NCBI GenBank assembly: GCA_038064415.1
Contig: JBBTTD010000005.1
Location: 2,149 to 66,148 of the forward strand
Reading direction: 5' to 3'
Source: Patescibacteria group bacterium
Lineage (GTDB): Bacteria > Patescibacteriota > Minisyncoccia > Phycocordibacterales > PALSA-1337
Length of the DNA: 64,000 bases
Part shown: positions 38,102 to 47,608 of the stretch, in pieces
Layout of the letters: the number at the start of each line of letters is the position of its first letter
Position numbering within the stretch: the stretch's first letter is position 1
The notes under the pieces: model-generated
Told to the model about the DNA's origin: nothing
The model's input: the letters and a program-made list of their open reading frames with translations, nothing else
The model's database searches: none
Program-made: the position numbers and the translations under genes

Positions 38102-38610
38102 TCAAGTGTTTTATCATTGCCGCGATGACCGCCGACGGCTATATCGCCAAAGAGGTTAAACATGCCGCTTTTTGGACCAGCAAGGAAGACAAAAAACGGT
38201 TTATTGAACTAACCAAACGCGCTGGAGTAGTAATTATGGGATTGAATACTTTTCAAACACTCCCTCGTCCACTCAACGAACGCAGAAATATCGTATACTC
38301 TCCGGAAAAAATAGAAGGTATTGAAACAACCGCAAAAGAACCGAAAGAATTGTTTAAAGAACTTGAAAATCAAGGCGTCAAAGAGGTCGCGATCTGCGGC
38401 GGATCGCAAATCTACACGATGTTCATGAAAGCGGGAGTTGTTGATAGATTATATTTGACTATTGAACCGTTAGTTTTCGGAAATGGTCTTCGTCTTTTTA
38501 AAGAAGAGCTACACTACCACTTAGAATTAAAAAGTGCCGTACAAGCTGAAAGTGGCGCTTTGCTGCTGGAGTACAAAGTTGATTATTCTGGAAAACCAAA
38601 ACTGAATTAA
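38098..38610 (+). CDS. folA: Dihydrofolate reductase
   Basis: IAA...G.I, W...ED...F..LT, VIMG..TF, RPL..R.NIV, ICGG.QIY, DRLYLT. Confidence 0.9.
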   Translation: MIKCFIIAAMTADGYIAKEVKHAAFWTSKEDKKRFIELTKRAGVVIMGLNTFQTLPRPLNERRNIVYSPEKIEGIETTAKEPKELFKELENQGVKEVAICGGSQIYTMFMKAGVVDRLYLTIEPLVFGNGLRLFKEELHYHLELKSAVQAESGALLLEYKVDYSGKPKLN

Positions 38611-38694
38611 GATACAATCAAAGTAATTAAAAGTTTGATGTAACCAAAAAGAGGCCTCCGTCTCATTTTTTCTATATTCTAAAATCTAATTGCC

Positions 38695-39117
38695 TTATTT
38701 AACTTCAACACCCATCTGTCTGGCGGTACCGGCGATAATCTTCATGGCCGCGTCAATATCGTTCGCGTTGAGATCTTGCATCTTCTTTGCGGCAATTTCT
38801 TTGATTTGGGCTTTGGTGATAGTACCGACTTTGCTGGTATTTGGTTTGCCAGAACCTTTTTCTTTGCCAATTGCTTTCAAAATTAAACTAGACGCTGGAG
38901 GGGTCTTTAAAACAAAACTGTATGTTCGGTCTTCGTAGACGCTAATAACCACTGGGATCATATCACCCATCATGCCTTTGGTGGCTTCATTGAACTTCTT
39001 GGTAAAATCACCAATATTAACACCTGCTTGACCCAAAGTCGGACCAAGTGGGGGTGCTGGAGTAGCTTTGCCCGCGGGAGCGATGACTTTTACTTTTTTT
39101 ACGACCTTTTTTGCCAT
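38695..39117 (-). CDS. rplK: 50S ribosomal protein L11
   Basis: [27 protein letters not shown]. Confidence 0.98.
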   Translation of the reverse strand: MAKKVVKKVKVIAPAGKATPAPPLGPTLGQAGVNIGDFTKKFNEATKGMMGDMIPVVISVYEDRTYSFVLKTPPASSLILKAIGKEKGSGKPNTSKVGTITKAQIKEIAAKKMQDLNANDIDAAMKIIAGTARQMGVEVK

Positions 39118-39162
39118 AGTGATGTGGATACTACATTAATAAACTAATTATCACAAGCCCTA

Positions 39163-39708
39163 TTAAACCTTCTTTACTTGCAAAAAATCTAGCTCCACAG
39201 GCGTCTCGCGTCCAAACATTGAAACCAAAACTTTGACCTTGCCTCGCTGGGTATCAACTTCTGAAACTTTTCCTTCAAAATCTTTGAACGGACCGTCAGC
39301 GACCTTGATCAAATCTCCCGTGGATAAATCAATAGAATGTTGAGTATTACTCTGTTGCATTCGTGAAAATAGAGTCTCAACTTCCTTGGGATCAAGAGGC
39401 ACGGGTGAAACTCCCGCGCCGACAAATCCCGTTACGCGTGGAGTATTTCTAACCACATACCAAGAATCATCAGTTACAATCATGTCCACTAAAACATAAC
39501 CAGGGTAAATCTTCTCCTCTTCTTCAACGCGTTTTCCACCTTTGACTTTAATCTTCTTTTCTGTCGGAACAATCACGGCAAAAATCTTGTCCTCCATGCC
39601 GAGAGATTCAATACGCTGTTTTAGGTTACGGGCAACGGCATTTTCATATCCCGCATAGGTATGAATAGCATACCAAGCGCGTTCCCCTGTTGTGTGTTGT
39701 TTTGACAT
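39163..39708 (-). CDS. nusG: Transcription factor NusG
   Basis: WYAIHTYAGYE, PGYVLV, VRNTPRVTGF, KOW GPF.DF.G, FGRETPVELDF. Confidence 0.98.
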   Translation of the reverse strand: MSKQHTTGERAWYAIHTYAGYENAVARNLKQRIESLGMEDKIFAVIVPTEKKIKVKGGKRVEEEEKIYPGYVLVDMIVTDDSWYVVRNTPRVTGFVGAGVSPVPLDPKEVETLFSRMQQSNTQHSIDLSTGDLIKVADGPFKDFEGKVSEVDTQRGKVKVLVSMFGRETPVELDFLQVKKV

Positions 39709-39746
39709 ATGGTTAATCGTGAATCTGAATTATTTATTGGAATTAT

Positions 39747-39923
39747 TTAAAACAATAATGTAAGTAGTTTAGAAAAAACAAAATCTGACAAACCGAGTAA
39801 AGCCGCGACAAAAACTGAAACTAAAATAACTAAAAGTGTAAACCTCGTAGTCTGGGCGCGAGTCGGCCAGTTCACATGATTCATTTCCGCCTTTGTTTCT
39901 TTGACATATTCAGTGATTTTCAT
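39747..39923 (-). CDS. secE: Preprotein translocase subunit SecE (58 aa, missing from the ORF track)
   Basis: Translates MKITEYVKETKAEMNHVNWPTRAQTTRFTLLVILVSVFVAALLGLSDFVFSKLLTLLF; E...V.WP motif; directly upstream of nusG. Confidence 0.95.
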   Translation of the reverse strand: MKITEYVKETKAEMNHVNWPTRAQTTRFTLLVILVSVFVAALLGLSDFVFSKLLTLLF

Positions 39924-40032
39924 AGTGTTGGTATTAAAAAACCCCTCTGGGGATTACCTGTGTATAGTATAGGATCGGGAATGTAAAGTCAAGACAAAAA
40001 AGTGAAGGTCAGGCCTTCACTTTTTATCTACT

Positions 40033-40827
40033 TTACCTTATCTCATAAGTAATTGAGACATTTGAAGTAATCTTTTGCTCACCTGTTGGAATTTCTGGAG
40101 CAACTGCTGGCGTTGTGGCAGAAGACTTCAGAAACATTGCATCTCCTCCCATCATCTCGCGACCATAGATTGGGTTATCACTAGAATCATAGAAACTGGT
40201 AATCCTAACAATTCTGACTCCAAGTTGTTTTGCTAATGCTTTAGCTTTTGATTGAGCATCGGTAATAGCTTTGGCGCGCGCGTCGGCCTTGACTTTTTCT
40301 ATGTCGTCAATAGAAAACGAAAGTCCATTTACATTTTGAACATCAAGAGAACCAATGGTACTGAAGATCGCTCCAGCTTTTGCCAAATCACGGACCTTAA
40401 CTTCAATTGATTGAGAGACATCATAACCTGTCAAAACGGATTTTCCTGGTGGACAATAATTCGTACTGCACACACTATCTTGATAGTCATAATGTGGATT
40501 TATTGAATAGGAAGTAGTTTTGATATCCTTATCGGCAACGCCAGAATCACGCACCGCCTTTAGAGCCGCGTTAATTTTGTCAGTTGATTTTGATTGTGCT
40601 TCAGCTACAGTCTTGGCAATTTCGGTAATACTGAATGAAAAAGTCGCCACATCTGGAATAGAAATCGCTTCACCCTTCCCATTAACTGAAATTGTATTGT
40701 AAATGGGATTGTCTTTGCCGACATATCCGATAGATTTTATTTCTTTGACGGAAATAACGGCTAGAAATATGGCTAAAATCACCCCAACCCACATACCAGT
40801 TTTCCACACTTTTTCTTGAATTGTCAT
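40033..40827 (-). CDS. SIMPL (DUF541/BP26) family protein
   Basis: ISVNG.GE....PD.A, DI.T..YSI.P.YDY, AR.KAI.DA..KA..LA..LG, GEQ.I...V.I.YEI. Confidence 0.92.
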   Translation of the reverse strand: MTIQEKVWKTGMWVGVILAIFLAVISVKEIKSIGYVGKDNPIYNTISVNGKGEAISIPDVATFSFSITEIAKTVAEAQSKSTDKINAALKAVRDSGVADKDIKTTSYSINPHYDYQDSVCSTNYCPPGKSVLTGYDVSQSIEVKVRDLAKAGAIFSTIGSLDVQNVNGLSFSIDDIEKVKADARAKAITDAQSKAKALAKQLGVRIVRITSFYDSSDNPIYGREMMGGDAMFLKSSATTPAVAPEIPTGEQKITSNVSITYEIR

Positions 40828-40922
40828 GTTGTTAAAAAATAGTTAATAAAAATATATGTACATAATATCGCCTTTTACATATATGACGCAAGAGAAGTCC
40901 ACTACTTACATTTTCCGCAGGT

Positions 40923-41789
40923 CTACCCTGCGGAAGAAACATCAATTAAGTTCTCAAACAACGCAAAAACTGTCATTGGCCCTACTCCGCCGGGTACAGG
41001 TGTGATTGCGAAAACTATTTCTTTGACACCTTCAAAATCAACATCACCAACCAACTTCTTATTTTCTATTTCATCTTCTAGTTTTTCTCCATAAACGGTG
41101 TTGAGGCCTACATCAATAATAATTTGTCCAGCTTTTACATGATCAGCGCCTATCAATTTTGGTTTGCCAACGGCGACAATGATAATGTCTACCTTTTTTG
41201 TCTCTTTTGCCAGGGCTACAGTCTTACTATGACAAACAGTGACAACTGCTCCAGAATCTTTACACATAACTGCAATTGGTCTTCCAACCATATCAGACCG
41301 ACCAATGACTACAACTTTTTTACCAGACAGATTAATATCGTAATATTTGAGAAGCTCTTTCACGCCCCTAGCGGTTGCGGGTAAAATTGCGCCAGCTTTA
41401 TGATTACTCCACGCTTCAATCTGAAAAGCAGTCAGGCCATCCACATCTTTCTTTGGATCAATTGCGTCAATAATTGTTATCTTGTCTAAATGCTCTGAAA
41501 TTGGTAATTGAACAATTATTCCATTGACATTATTGTCATCATTGAATCCCTTTATAAGTTCAACCAATTTTTCTTGAGTGACATCTGATTGAACTTGAGT
41601 ATGCAAAACATCAACACCGATTTTTTCCGCAAAATTCTTTTTGGCACGAATATAAGAGGCAGAATCTTCACGGTCGCCAACTTGAATAATGGCTAAATTC
41701 GGTTTATTAGAGAGACTTTGAACTTTACTTATAAGTTCCTTTACTAGAGCTTCCCGAGCGATTTTTCCTGAAAGGAGTTTGGCGGACAT
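40923..41789 (-). CDS. folD: Methylene-THF dehydrogenase/cyclohydrolase
   Basis: GIIVQLP, KDVDG, GRS..VGRP, TVCHS.T, GDVDF, TPVPGGVGPMT. Confidence 0.96.
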   Translation of the reverse strand: MSAKLLSGKIAREALVKELISKVQSLSNKPNLAIIQVGDREDSASYIRAKKNFAEKIGVDVLHTQVQSDVTQEKLVELIKGFNDDNNVNGIIVQLPISEHLDKITIIDAIDPKKDVDGLTAFQIEAWSNHKAGAILPATARGVKELLKYYDINLSGKKVVVIGRSDMVGRPIAVMCKDSGAVVTVCHSKTVALAKETKKVDIIIVAVGKPKLIGADHVKAGQIIIDVGLNTVYGEKLEDEIENKKLVGDVDFEGVKEIVFAITPVPGGVGPMTVFALFENLIDVSSAG

Positions 41790-41883
41790 AAAGAAAGCAT
41801 AACATATTTCTATTTTTGGCAAATTGTTATAAGTCATCAATGTGACCTATCAATTTAACAGCCACCTCAATTGTATATGAAAA

Positions 41884-41908
41884 TAGCGCAGAGACAAGCT
41901 CTGCGCTA
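41884..41908 (-). terminator. Hairpin downstream of the second DGR target-like gene
   Basis: tagcgcagag-acaag-ctctgcgcta. Confidence 0.65.
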
Positions 41909-41925
41909 AGTGAAGGGAACAAGGT

Positions 41926-42723
41926 TTAAGCTTTAGGCTTAACGGACATTGCCAGACGAGCAGCCATGAGCGAATGCGAATGAGCATGCTTGAGCCAGTA
42001 GAACCTGACCTCGCGGAAACCCGGATACGGACTCCAGCGGCCGCTGGCAACCCCGCCACCCGGAAGGCGGTTCTTGGGGAACCATGTCCATGTTTCCAGA
42101 TCAAGATAATCCTTGAAAGCGAAGTAGCGAAGGCCGAAAGCCAGTGCATACCCACGCAATTCCAAGTACGGCTTGCCGTCAGCATTGAGTTGGTTCGAAG
42201 ACTGACCATAAGTGCCTTCAGTCGGACGAATTGAGTTTTCAATGATCTGGAGCGTCGGTTGGCTGAATGCTTCAGACCGCTTATACTCCATAACATTGCT
42301 TTCTTCGTACACTGAAAGTCTTTGACTCTTGAGTGCCTTCTCAACCACTTGATGGTTGTCGAGGCCTGGGTCAAATGCCAACAGTACATCCTTCCACGGG
42401 AGTTCGGCGGGAAAATCAAACATCTCCCGCAAATTGGCCGTGACGCCGAGGAATTTTTTGGCGAAACGTTCTGTGACTGGAATTATTTCATCCAGATTGG
42501 TCTGCTTCGCTTTGAATGTTCGAGGAAACTCGAACACTGGAACTGGAGATGTTACGACTTGCGGCGTTGACTGTTCCACGAAAACGCTTTCAATCGCCTT
42601 CCAGTATGGATGGTCAGAGTTTCCGATGATGTTCTGCACATCACCATGTTCGGGGTTAAATGATTGGATCTTGGTGGCCGTACGACCAGCCAAAGCCATG
42701 ATAGTTTCAGGACTTGCTTTCAT
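41926..42723 (-). CDS. DGR target-like protein with a CLec-like C-terminus
   Basis: YLD..TWTW....R..GG.VA.G.W......VRF.W.........ARLA; GC-rich NNY codons at the 3' end. Confidence 0.65.
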   Translation of the reverse strand: MKASPETIMALAGRTATKIQSFNPEHGDVQNIIGNSDHPYWKAIESVFVEQSTPQVVTSPVPVFEFPRTFKAKQTNLDEIIPVTERFAKKFLGVTANLREMFDFPAELPWKDVLLAFDPGLDNHQVVEKALKSQRLSVYEESNVMEYKRSEAFSQPTLQIIENSIRPTEGTYGQSSNQLNADGKPYLELRGYALAFGLRYFAFKDYLDLETWTWFPKNRLPGGGVASGRWSPYPGFREVRFYWLKHAHSHSLMAARLAMSVKPKA

Positions 42724-42857
42724 AGTTATAATCGCACATAGAGTGACCGTGTCATCCCGACAAGGGAGCTTATCAGTGTGTCAGAGAGCGATTCTGTGTG
42801 TATCCTATCATAATTACATATATAAGTCAATACCATGAAAAACCCCTATGCTATGGC

Positions 42858-43865
42858 TTATTTTGTAGACCACCTAGCAAAAATGCCCGCCGGCAACAGT
42901 CGCGCCTGCGTTCCTTCTTTATTTGTCTCTTTATCTTGTGATTCTTGACCCTTAGTTCCTGATTCCTGTATAACCAACTCCCCCATTTCAATCTCGCCGC
43001 CATATTTATTTTTCAATTCAAGTAAATTGTTTGCATAGGCGATCGCTGAATAGCCCGCTGAATATCCATTAACCAAGAAAAATGACGGTTTGTTTTTCAA
43101 TAATTTTTTACAATCTTCCATGAGTGACAGAAAATGTTCTTCAACCTTCCAAAGTTCATTCGTCGGACCATGGCCAAAAGCTGGTGGATCCATGATAATG
43201 CCGTCATATTTTCGTTCACGTTTGATTTCTCTTTCAACAAACACGCGCGCGTCTTCAACAATCCAACGGATCGGCGCGTCTTTGAGTCCTGAAATTTCCG
43301 CGTTTTCACGAGCCCAAGCAACCGCGGATTTTGAACTGTCTATGTGAACAACTTTAGCTCCAGCTTGCGCGCAAGCTAGCGTAGCGCCTCCCGTGTAGCC
43401 AAAGAGATTTAATACTTCGATGTCGCCATGTTGCGCACTCTCTCGGCGCGAAGAGTTCTCCCTTCGTTTCGCTTCGCTCAAGTCGGGAGAATCTGTCGCA
43501 CCTACGAGTGCGACTGACGATATGAGTTTCCTAAGCCACTCCCAATTTGGCAACTGTTCCGGAAACAAGCCAGTATGTTTAAATGCTGTGGGTTTGATCC
43601 AGAATTTTAAATCGCCAAAAGAGATCTGCCACTTAGCTAGCACATTCTTTTTGAGCGACCAGCTCCCCTCTTTTTCTCCACGAGTAAAATTACCATCAGA
43701 TTTTTTCCACTCTGAAGTTGACAATTTCTTCTCCCACAAAGCTTGAGGATCTGGTCGTGATAAAACTATCTTGCCAAATCGCTCCAATTTTTCCCCATCA
43801 CCAGAATCTAGAAGTTCATAGTCGGAAGAAGCGGCGGTTATGAGGATTTGAGAAATGTTAGACAT
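42858..43865 (-). CDS. SAM-dependent methyltransferase (RlmI/RlmK-like)
   Basis: YELLDSG.G.KLERFG, HTGLFPEQ, VLNLFGYTGG, DPPAFG; carries an in-frame repeat insertion. Confidence 0.9.
   Translation of the reverse strand: MSNISQILITAASSDYELLDSGDGEKLERFGKIVLSRPDPQALWEKKLSTSEWKKSDGNFTRGEKEGSWSLKKNVLAKWQISFGDLKFWIKPTAFKHTGLFPEQLPNWEWLRKLISSVALVGATDSPDLSEAKRRENSSRRESAQHGDIEVLNLFGYTGGATLACAQAGAKVVHIDSSKSAVAWARENAEISGLKDAPIRWIVEDARVFVEREIKRERKYDGIIMDPPAFGHGPTNELWKVEEHFLSLMEDCKKLLKNKPSFFLVNGYSAGYSAIAYANNLLELKNKYGGEIEMGELVIQESGTKGQESQDKETNKEGTQARLLPAGIFARWSTK
43433..43514 (-). repeat. ~80-bp structured repeat inserted in frame in the methyltransferase
   Basis: Reverse complement aligns with the intergenic copy at 50836-50913. 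Confidence 0.8.
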
Positions 43866-43870
43866 ATTTT

Positions 43871-44134
43871 TTATTTTTTTCTATATACATCTTTGCGGTG
43901 ACCTATAGTGATAAAAATTGCTTTTGATTCAGCCTCAAAATAAAATAAGGCTCTATATGAGCTTGTTATACGCAATGAAAAAGTTCCAGAATCTCCCGCT
44001 AATTTTTTTAAATGTAATCTTGAATCTTTTTGATGCTTCCTAAATCTGATTTCTTGTTTCCGAAACAGATTTTGAATCTTGGTCGGAAGTCTCTTGAACT
44101 CACGATAAAATTCATCAGTAAATTTTATAGTCAT
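43871..44134 (-). CDS. RelE/ParE family toxin
   Basis: Basic 87-aa protein, L.LKKL, FSLRIT.SYR..F, IGHRKDVY. Confidence 0.85.
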   Translation of the reverse strand: MTIKFTDEFYREFKRLPTKIQNLFRKQEIRFRKHQKDSRLHLKKLAGDSGTFSLRITSSYRALFYFEAESKAIFITIGHRKDVYRKK

Positions 44135-44361
44135 AGAGTATCATGAACTCGTCCGACCTTCATGTCTCTATAACCTCGACGAATAGACTGTTTTAAAGAA
44201 ATAGGATTCTCATATTCATTTATATATTCAAGAGGTATTGTATCTGAAAGTGTGGTTAACACATGTCTAGAAAGTTCAACCAACGAAAGCCCGTATCGAC
44301 TTGCAATATGTGCCAGACGAGTTTTCTCTTTTTTAGGAAGTGTAATCGTAAGTGTAGTCAT
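44131..44361 (-). CDS. Putative antitoxin
   Basis: 76 aa, RHH-like N-terminus, D.K.GRV C-terminus; ATGA overlap with the toxin gene. Confidence 0.75.
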   Translation of the reverse strand: MTTLTITLPKKEKTRLAHIASRYGLSLVELSRHVLTTLSDTIPLEYINEYENPISLKQSIRRGYRDMKVGRVHDTL

Positions 44362-44430
44362 GTGAACATACTACCACTAAAAAAGGCAAAATCAAGTTAG
44401 TATTCAATGATCAAAAAGTATTTGCATTGA

Positions 44431-44916
44431 TCATTGTATCATTGATATTTGATCATTAACTTTATATTTCTTAAACACCACACACGCCGTCACAAACAAA
44501 ATCGTAGAAGTCATTACTGATCCAAGACAATACACGCAATATGATTTGATAATAAAAACTTGAAGAAAGACAAACCAAAGAGACGCTAGAATTCCAAAAA
44601 CAGTAAATAACATAGCCCATTTTAGAATTTCTGTTTTCTTGGTATCCAGATATGCAAAAGCTCCGACTAGAATAATAAAATAGTAGATCGCTCCTAAAAG
44701 TGAAACGGGGATGCCAATTATTGAAGCATAAACACTTGTCAGAACCAGTTCACATCCACCAATAATTGAACAGGGAGGAATAACTCCTTGATAATGTTCA
44801 ATCACAAGATAGGTAGAATCGGCAAAGCCAATCAATGCAATAATAAGTACGAATATTACTAGACTATTTGGCACCGCCCGAAGCGGTCGCGTCAATAAGT
44901 GCTTTAAATTGTTCAT
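44431..44916 (-). CDS. Vitamin K epoxide reductase (VKOR) family protein
   Basis: C....GC..VL.S.YA...GIP, CVYC, four TM helices; follows dsbA. Confidence 0.93.
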   Translation of the reverse strand: MNNLKHLLTRPLRAVPNSLVIFVLIIALIGFADSTYLVIEHYQGVIPPCSIIGGCELVLTSVYASIIGIPVSLLGAIYYFIILVGAFAYLDTKKTEILKWAMLFTVFGILASLWFVFLQVFIIKSYCVYCLGSVMTSTILFVTACVVFKKYKVNDQISMIQ

Positions 44917-45523
44917 ATCCTTGAGGATTAACTATCACTTTACCATTCACGAAAAATGTGGGGGTTGAATTGACACCTAGCGTGTCTCCTTCATCACGAT
45001 CTCTCTGGATCCGAGCTTTTATTTCAGCGGAACCAAAATCTTTTTTGTATGCCGTCATATCTAAATTCAGACTTTCCGCGTATCCTTCAAAAATAGCCGA
45101 AGCGGTATTGGAATCTTGCCAGACAGTCTGATTTTCAAAAAGAAGTTTGTACATGTCCCAAAATTTACCTTGTTTGCTGGCGGCTTCCGAGGCCTGGGCG
45201 GCAAAAATTGAATTTTTGTGTGGCAGTGGAAACAGTGGGAAGTGGCGATAGACAAAACGAACCGTAGTTGATGCTTCTTTGGTTAGGCGTTCAATTATCG
45301 GATAATAGAGAGCACATGCTGGACACTGAAAATCACTATATTCAATAATAGTGACTGGAACATTGGCTGGACCAAGAATGTGGTCTGTGGAAGTTGCCTC
45401 TGAAGGAGTACCGATCCCAGGTCCGACCTTGGGTGCTTTGTTCATGGCAACAGCAAGACCCCAGACAATTAGGGCTAGAATCAATAGAAAAAATATCCAA
45501 AAAATGATGTGTTTTGTGTTCAT
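44864..45523 (-). CDS. Membrane-anchored DsbA family oxidoreductase
   Basis: EYSDFQCPAC, YRHFPL, QGKFW, GV.STPTFFVNG. Confidence 0.93.
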   Translation of the reverse strand: MNTKHIIFWIFFLLILALIVWGLAVAMNKAPKVGPGIGTPSEATSTDHILGPANVPVTIIEYSDFQCPACALYYPIIERLTKEASTTVRFVYRHFPLFPLPHKNSIFAAQASEAASKQGKFWDMYKLLFENQTVWQDSNTASAIFEGYAESLNLDMTAYKKDFGSAEIKARIQRDRDEGDTLGVNSTPTFFVNGKVIVNPQGYEQFKALIDATASGGAK

Positions 45524-45589
45524 GAGAGATATTGTTGCATAGAATCGCGTTATTTTCTAGGGCAAATCAAGGTCGGACCTTGATTTGCA

Positions 45590-46144
45590 CTAGAATAAAT
45601 TAGCAAACCAAACTAGCGCGCAAATCCCTAAAAAGTTCATGACAAATGAAATAGGGATAAGTAATGACAGGCGGGTCTTTGAAATTCCTAAAAGAGTCAA
45701 GCCCAATTCATCCGGTAATGGTGAAGCGATGATAAACGCGCCGATAATCGGAGAAAGCCATTTCATAAAACCAAGATGGAAAGAACTCAAAATATGTTTG
45801 ACAATTGAGGGCTTCAGAGAATTTTTCAAATCATCGGTAAATTTGTCACGAATAAACAAAAACAAAATTAAATCACCGCATAAAGCTCCGAGAGCTCCCC
45901 AAAAAGCAACTGTTTGCAGGGGCACACTTTCAATAATCCTAGCCAAAGCAAGAGACGACGGCGCGATCGTAAACGCGGAAGTAAAAAATATCCCAGCCAC
46001 AAAACTGGCAAACGCACCGCTTCCTAAAATATATATGAAACTATCTAAAAGCCCGCCTTGAGAAAGTAGTACGGCAATCACGATACCAGATAAAATAAAC
46101 AGTAAATCTTTTAGTAATTCGTGTCTGGCTTTAATGCGACGCAT
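45590..46144 (-). CDS. Hypothetical membrane protein (DedA/VTT-like)
   Basis: Multi-TM; GA..GD...F, IASPLPDELG. Confidence 0.7.
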   Translation of the reverse strand: MRRIKARHELLKDLLFILSGIVIAVLLSQGGLLDSFIYILGSGAFASFVAGIFFTSAFTIAPSSLALARIIESVPLQTVAFWGALGALCGDLILFLFIRDKFTDDLKNSLKPSIVKHILSSFHLGFMKWLSPIIGAFIIASPLPDELGLTLLGISKTRLSLLIPISFVMNFLGICALVWFANLF

Positions 46145-46171
46145 GGTTGTTAAATTATAGCAATCAACACT

Positions 46172-46561
46172 TTAATCCTGAAACTCAATTTCAAAAGGAT
46201 ACATGCCCATTCCGCAACTACCCCGAAGTATTCCAGATGTACTTGTACCAAGATTTATGTCAAAACTTCCCGATGATTGTAATAATTTACTAATACCCAT
46301 ACTTGGAATACGCACAGACGCCGAACAATCAAAAGTCCCATTGGTACTGAATCGCAAAATCGTGGGTAATCCGGATTTGGCGACGCTTTTTCGTGGTTGA
46401 TACCCTCCGCGCGCCCGAATCTCAATAATTTGTTTTCCATCTACAACGCTAACACTGTTGATCGGTGCGCCAGATTTGTCAGAAAAATTGGTCTGCGCGA
46501 GTAAAAATGCCCCACCGACAAGCGCTATCGCAATAATAATAGAGATGACTGTTGATTTCAT
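46172..46561 (-). CDS. Cupredoxin-like membrane-anchored protein
   Basis: GGY.P, DC...V.IP, C-terminal SCGMGMY. Confidence 0.8.
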   Translation of the reverse strand: MKSTVISIIIAIALVGGAFLLAQTNFSDKSGAPINSVSVVDGKQIIEIRARGGYQPRKSVAKSGLPTILRFSTNGTFDCSASVRIPSMGISKLLQSSGSFDINLGTSTSGILRGSCGMGMYPFEIEFQD

Positions 46562-46570
46562 AAGTAGTTT

Positions 46571-47599
46571 TTAGAAATTAAATATCGGAGGAATGATACC
46601 GATTATAACCAAACTATTGATAATATTGAAGATGGCGAACATAATGACCACGAGACCGGCGGTCTTGAAGAAAATCCCCGATTTTGAACTATTCTTTATG
46701 CTAAAAGAACTAAAACTAACTAAAGCCAGAACCGGTAGCGTGCCGAGCGCGAACGCCAGCATAGTTAGTCCTCCTTCAAGAAAATTTCCCGTGCCAAGAG
46801 TATAAAGTTGCATTGATTGGGTAAAACCACATGGCAAGAAAAATGTGGCGATACCCACAAGTAACGGCGTGATCGTATGGTTGAGCTTTGAAACACCATG
46901 AGCGTATTTGGCGATAAATTTTGGCATAGACGGCTGAAGTCTTTTGGCCCAATGAAATGTATCAAGAAGATTTATGCCAAGAATAAACATCACGATACCG
47001 ATTATCAAACTCAAAATAAACGTGGCGGAAGTATTGAGAGAAAACGCGGATCCAAGCGCGCCAATTATTCCACCAAAAACAAAAAACGAAACGATGCGTC
47101 CACCATGAAACATCAGTTGTGGCTTGAATTTATCTCCTTCTTTGGCGAATGTAGCGGACATGGAAAGAAGCAATCCACCGACGACAGCCATACATGTAGA
47201 CAAAGAAGCAATTATTCCAATAATAAACGCTGCTCCGTAAGTCACATTTCCCGCATCAACCAGATTTACAATGCCAAGTTTTTGCAAAAGTACAAATAGA
47301 ATCGCAAAACCCAGAGCAATTGGCACAGCAATTTTAAAATCACTCCACTTAACAATCTTTTGATGTCTTTCAATTGAAATGGTATATCCGTGAGGTTTTA
47401 AAGGTACGGTTAATCCTTTTGCAATTTGTTCCAATGTTTTAGCACCAAAATCACCCACGACTTCCACTGAATGATTCACGAAACTTGATTTAACATAGGT
47501 AATTCCCGGAAAATCTTTTAATTCACTTTCAATCATGAGCACGCAGGCATTGCAGTGCATTCCGTGAACATGGAATGTATGTGTTTTTTGTTGTGACAT
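46571..47599 (-). CDS. HMA domain fused to a DsbD_2/TauE-like membrane domain
   Basis: GMHCNAC; STC....GG, GR..S, LPCGF.Q.MQ, FALGT.P. Confidence 0.88.
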   Translation of the reverse strand: MSQQKTHTFHVHGMHCNACVLMIESELKDFPGITYVKSSFVNHSVEVVGDFGAKTLEQIAKGLTVPLKPHGYTISIERHQKIVKWSDFKIAVPIALGFAILFVLLQKLGIVNLVDAGNVTYGAAFIIGIIASLSTCMAVVGGLLLSMSATFAKEGDKFKPQLMFHGGRIVSFFVFGGIIGALGSAFSLNTSATFILSLIIGIVMFILGINLLDTFHWAKRLQPSMPKFIAKYAHGVSKLNHTITPLLVGIATFFLPCGFTQSMQLYTLGTGNFLEGGLTMLAFALGTLPVLALVSFSSFSIKNSSKSGIFFKTAGLVVIMFAIFNIINSLVIIGIIPPIFNF

Positions 47600-47608
47600 G
47601 AGTCGTGA

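Noticed and set aside
41850-42838. Alternative-frame and antisense ORFs over the DGR target-like gene (also 22038-22313, 49518-50733 and many others)
   Set aside because: Shadow ORFs favoured by locally high GC; the overlapping frame has the recognisable protein.
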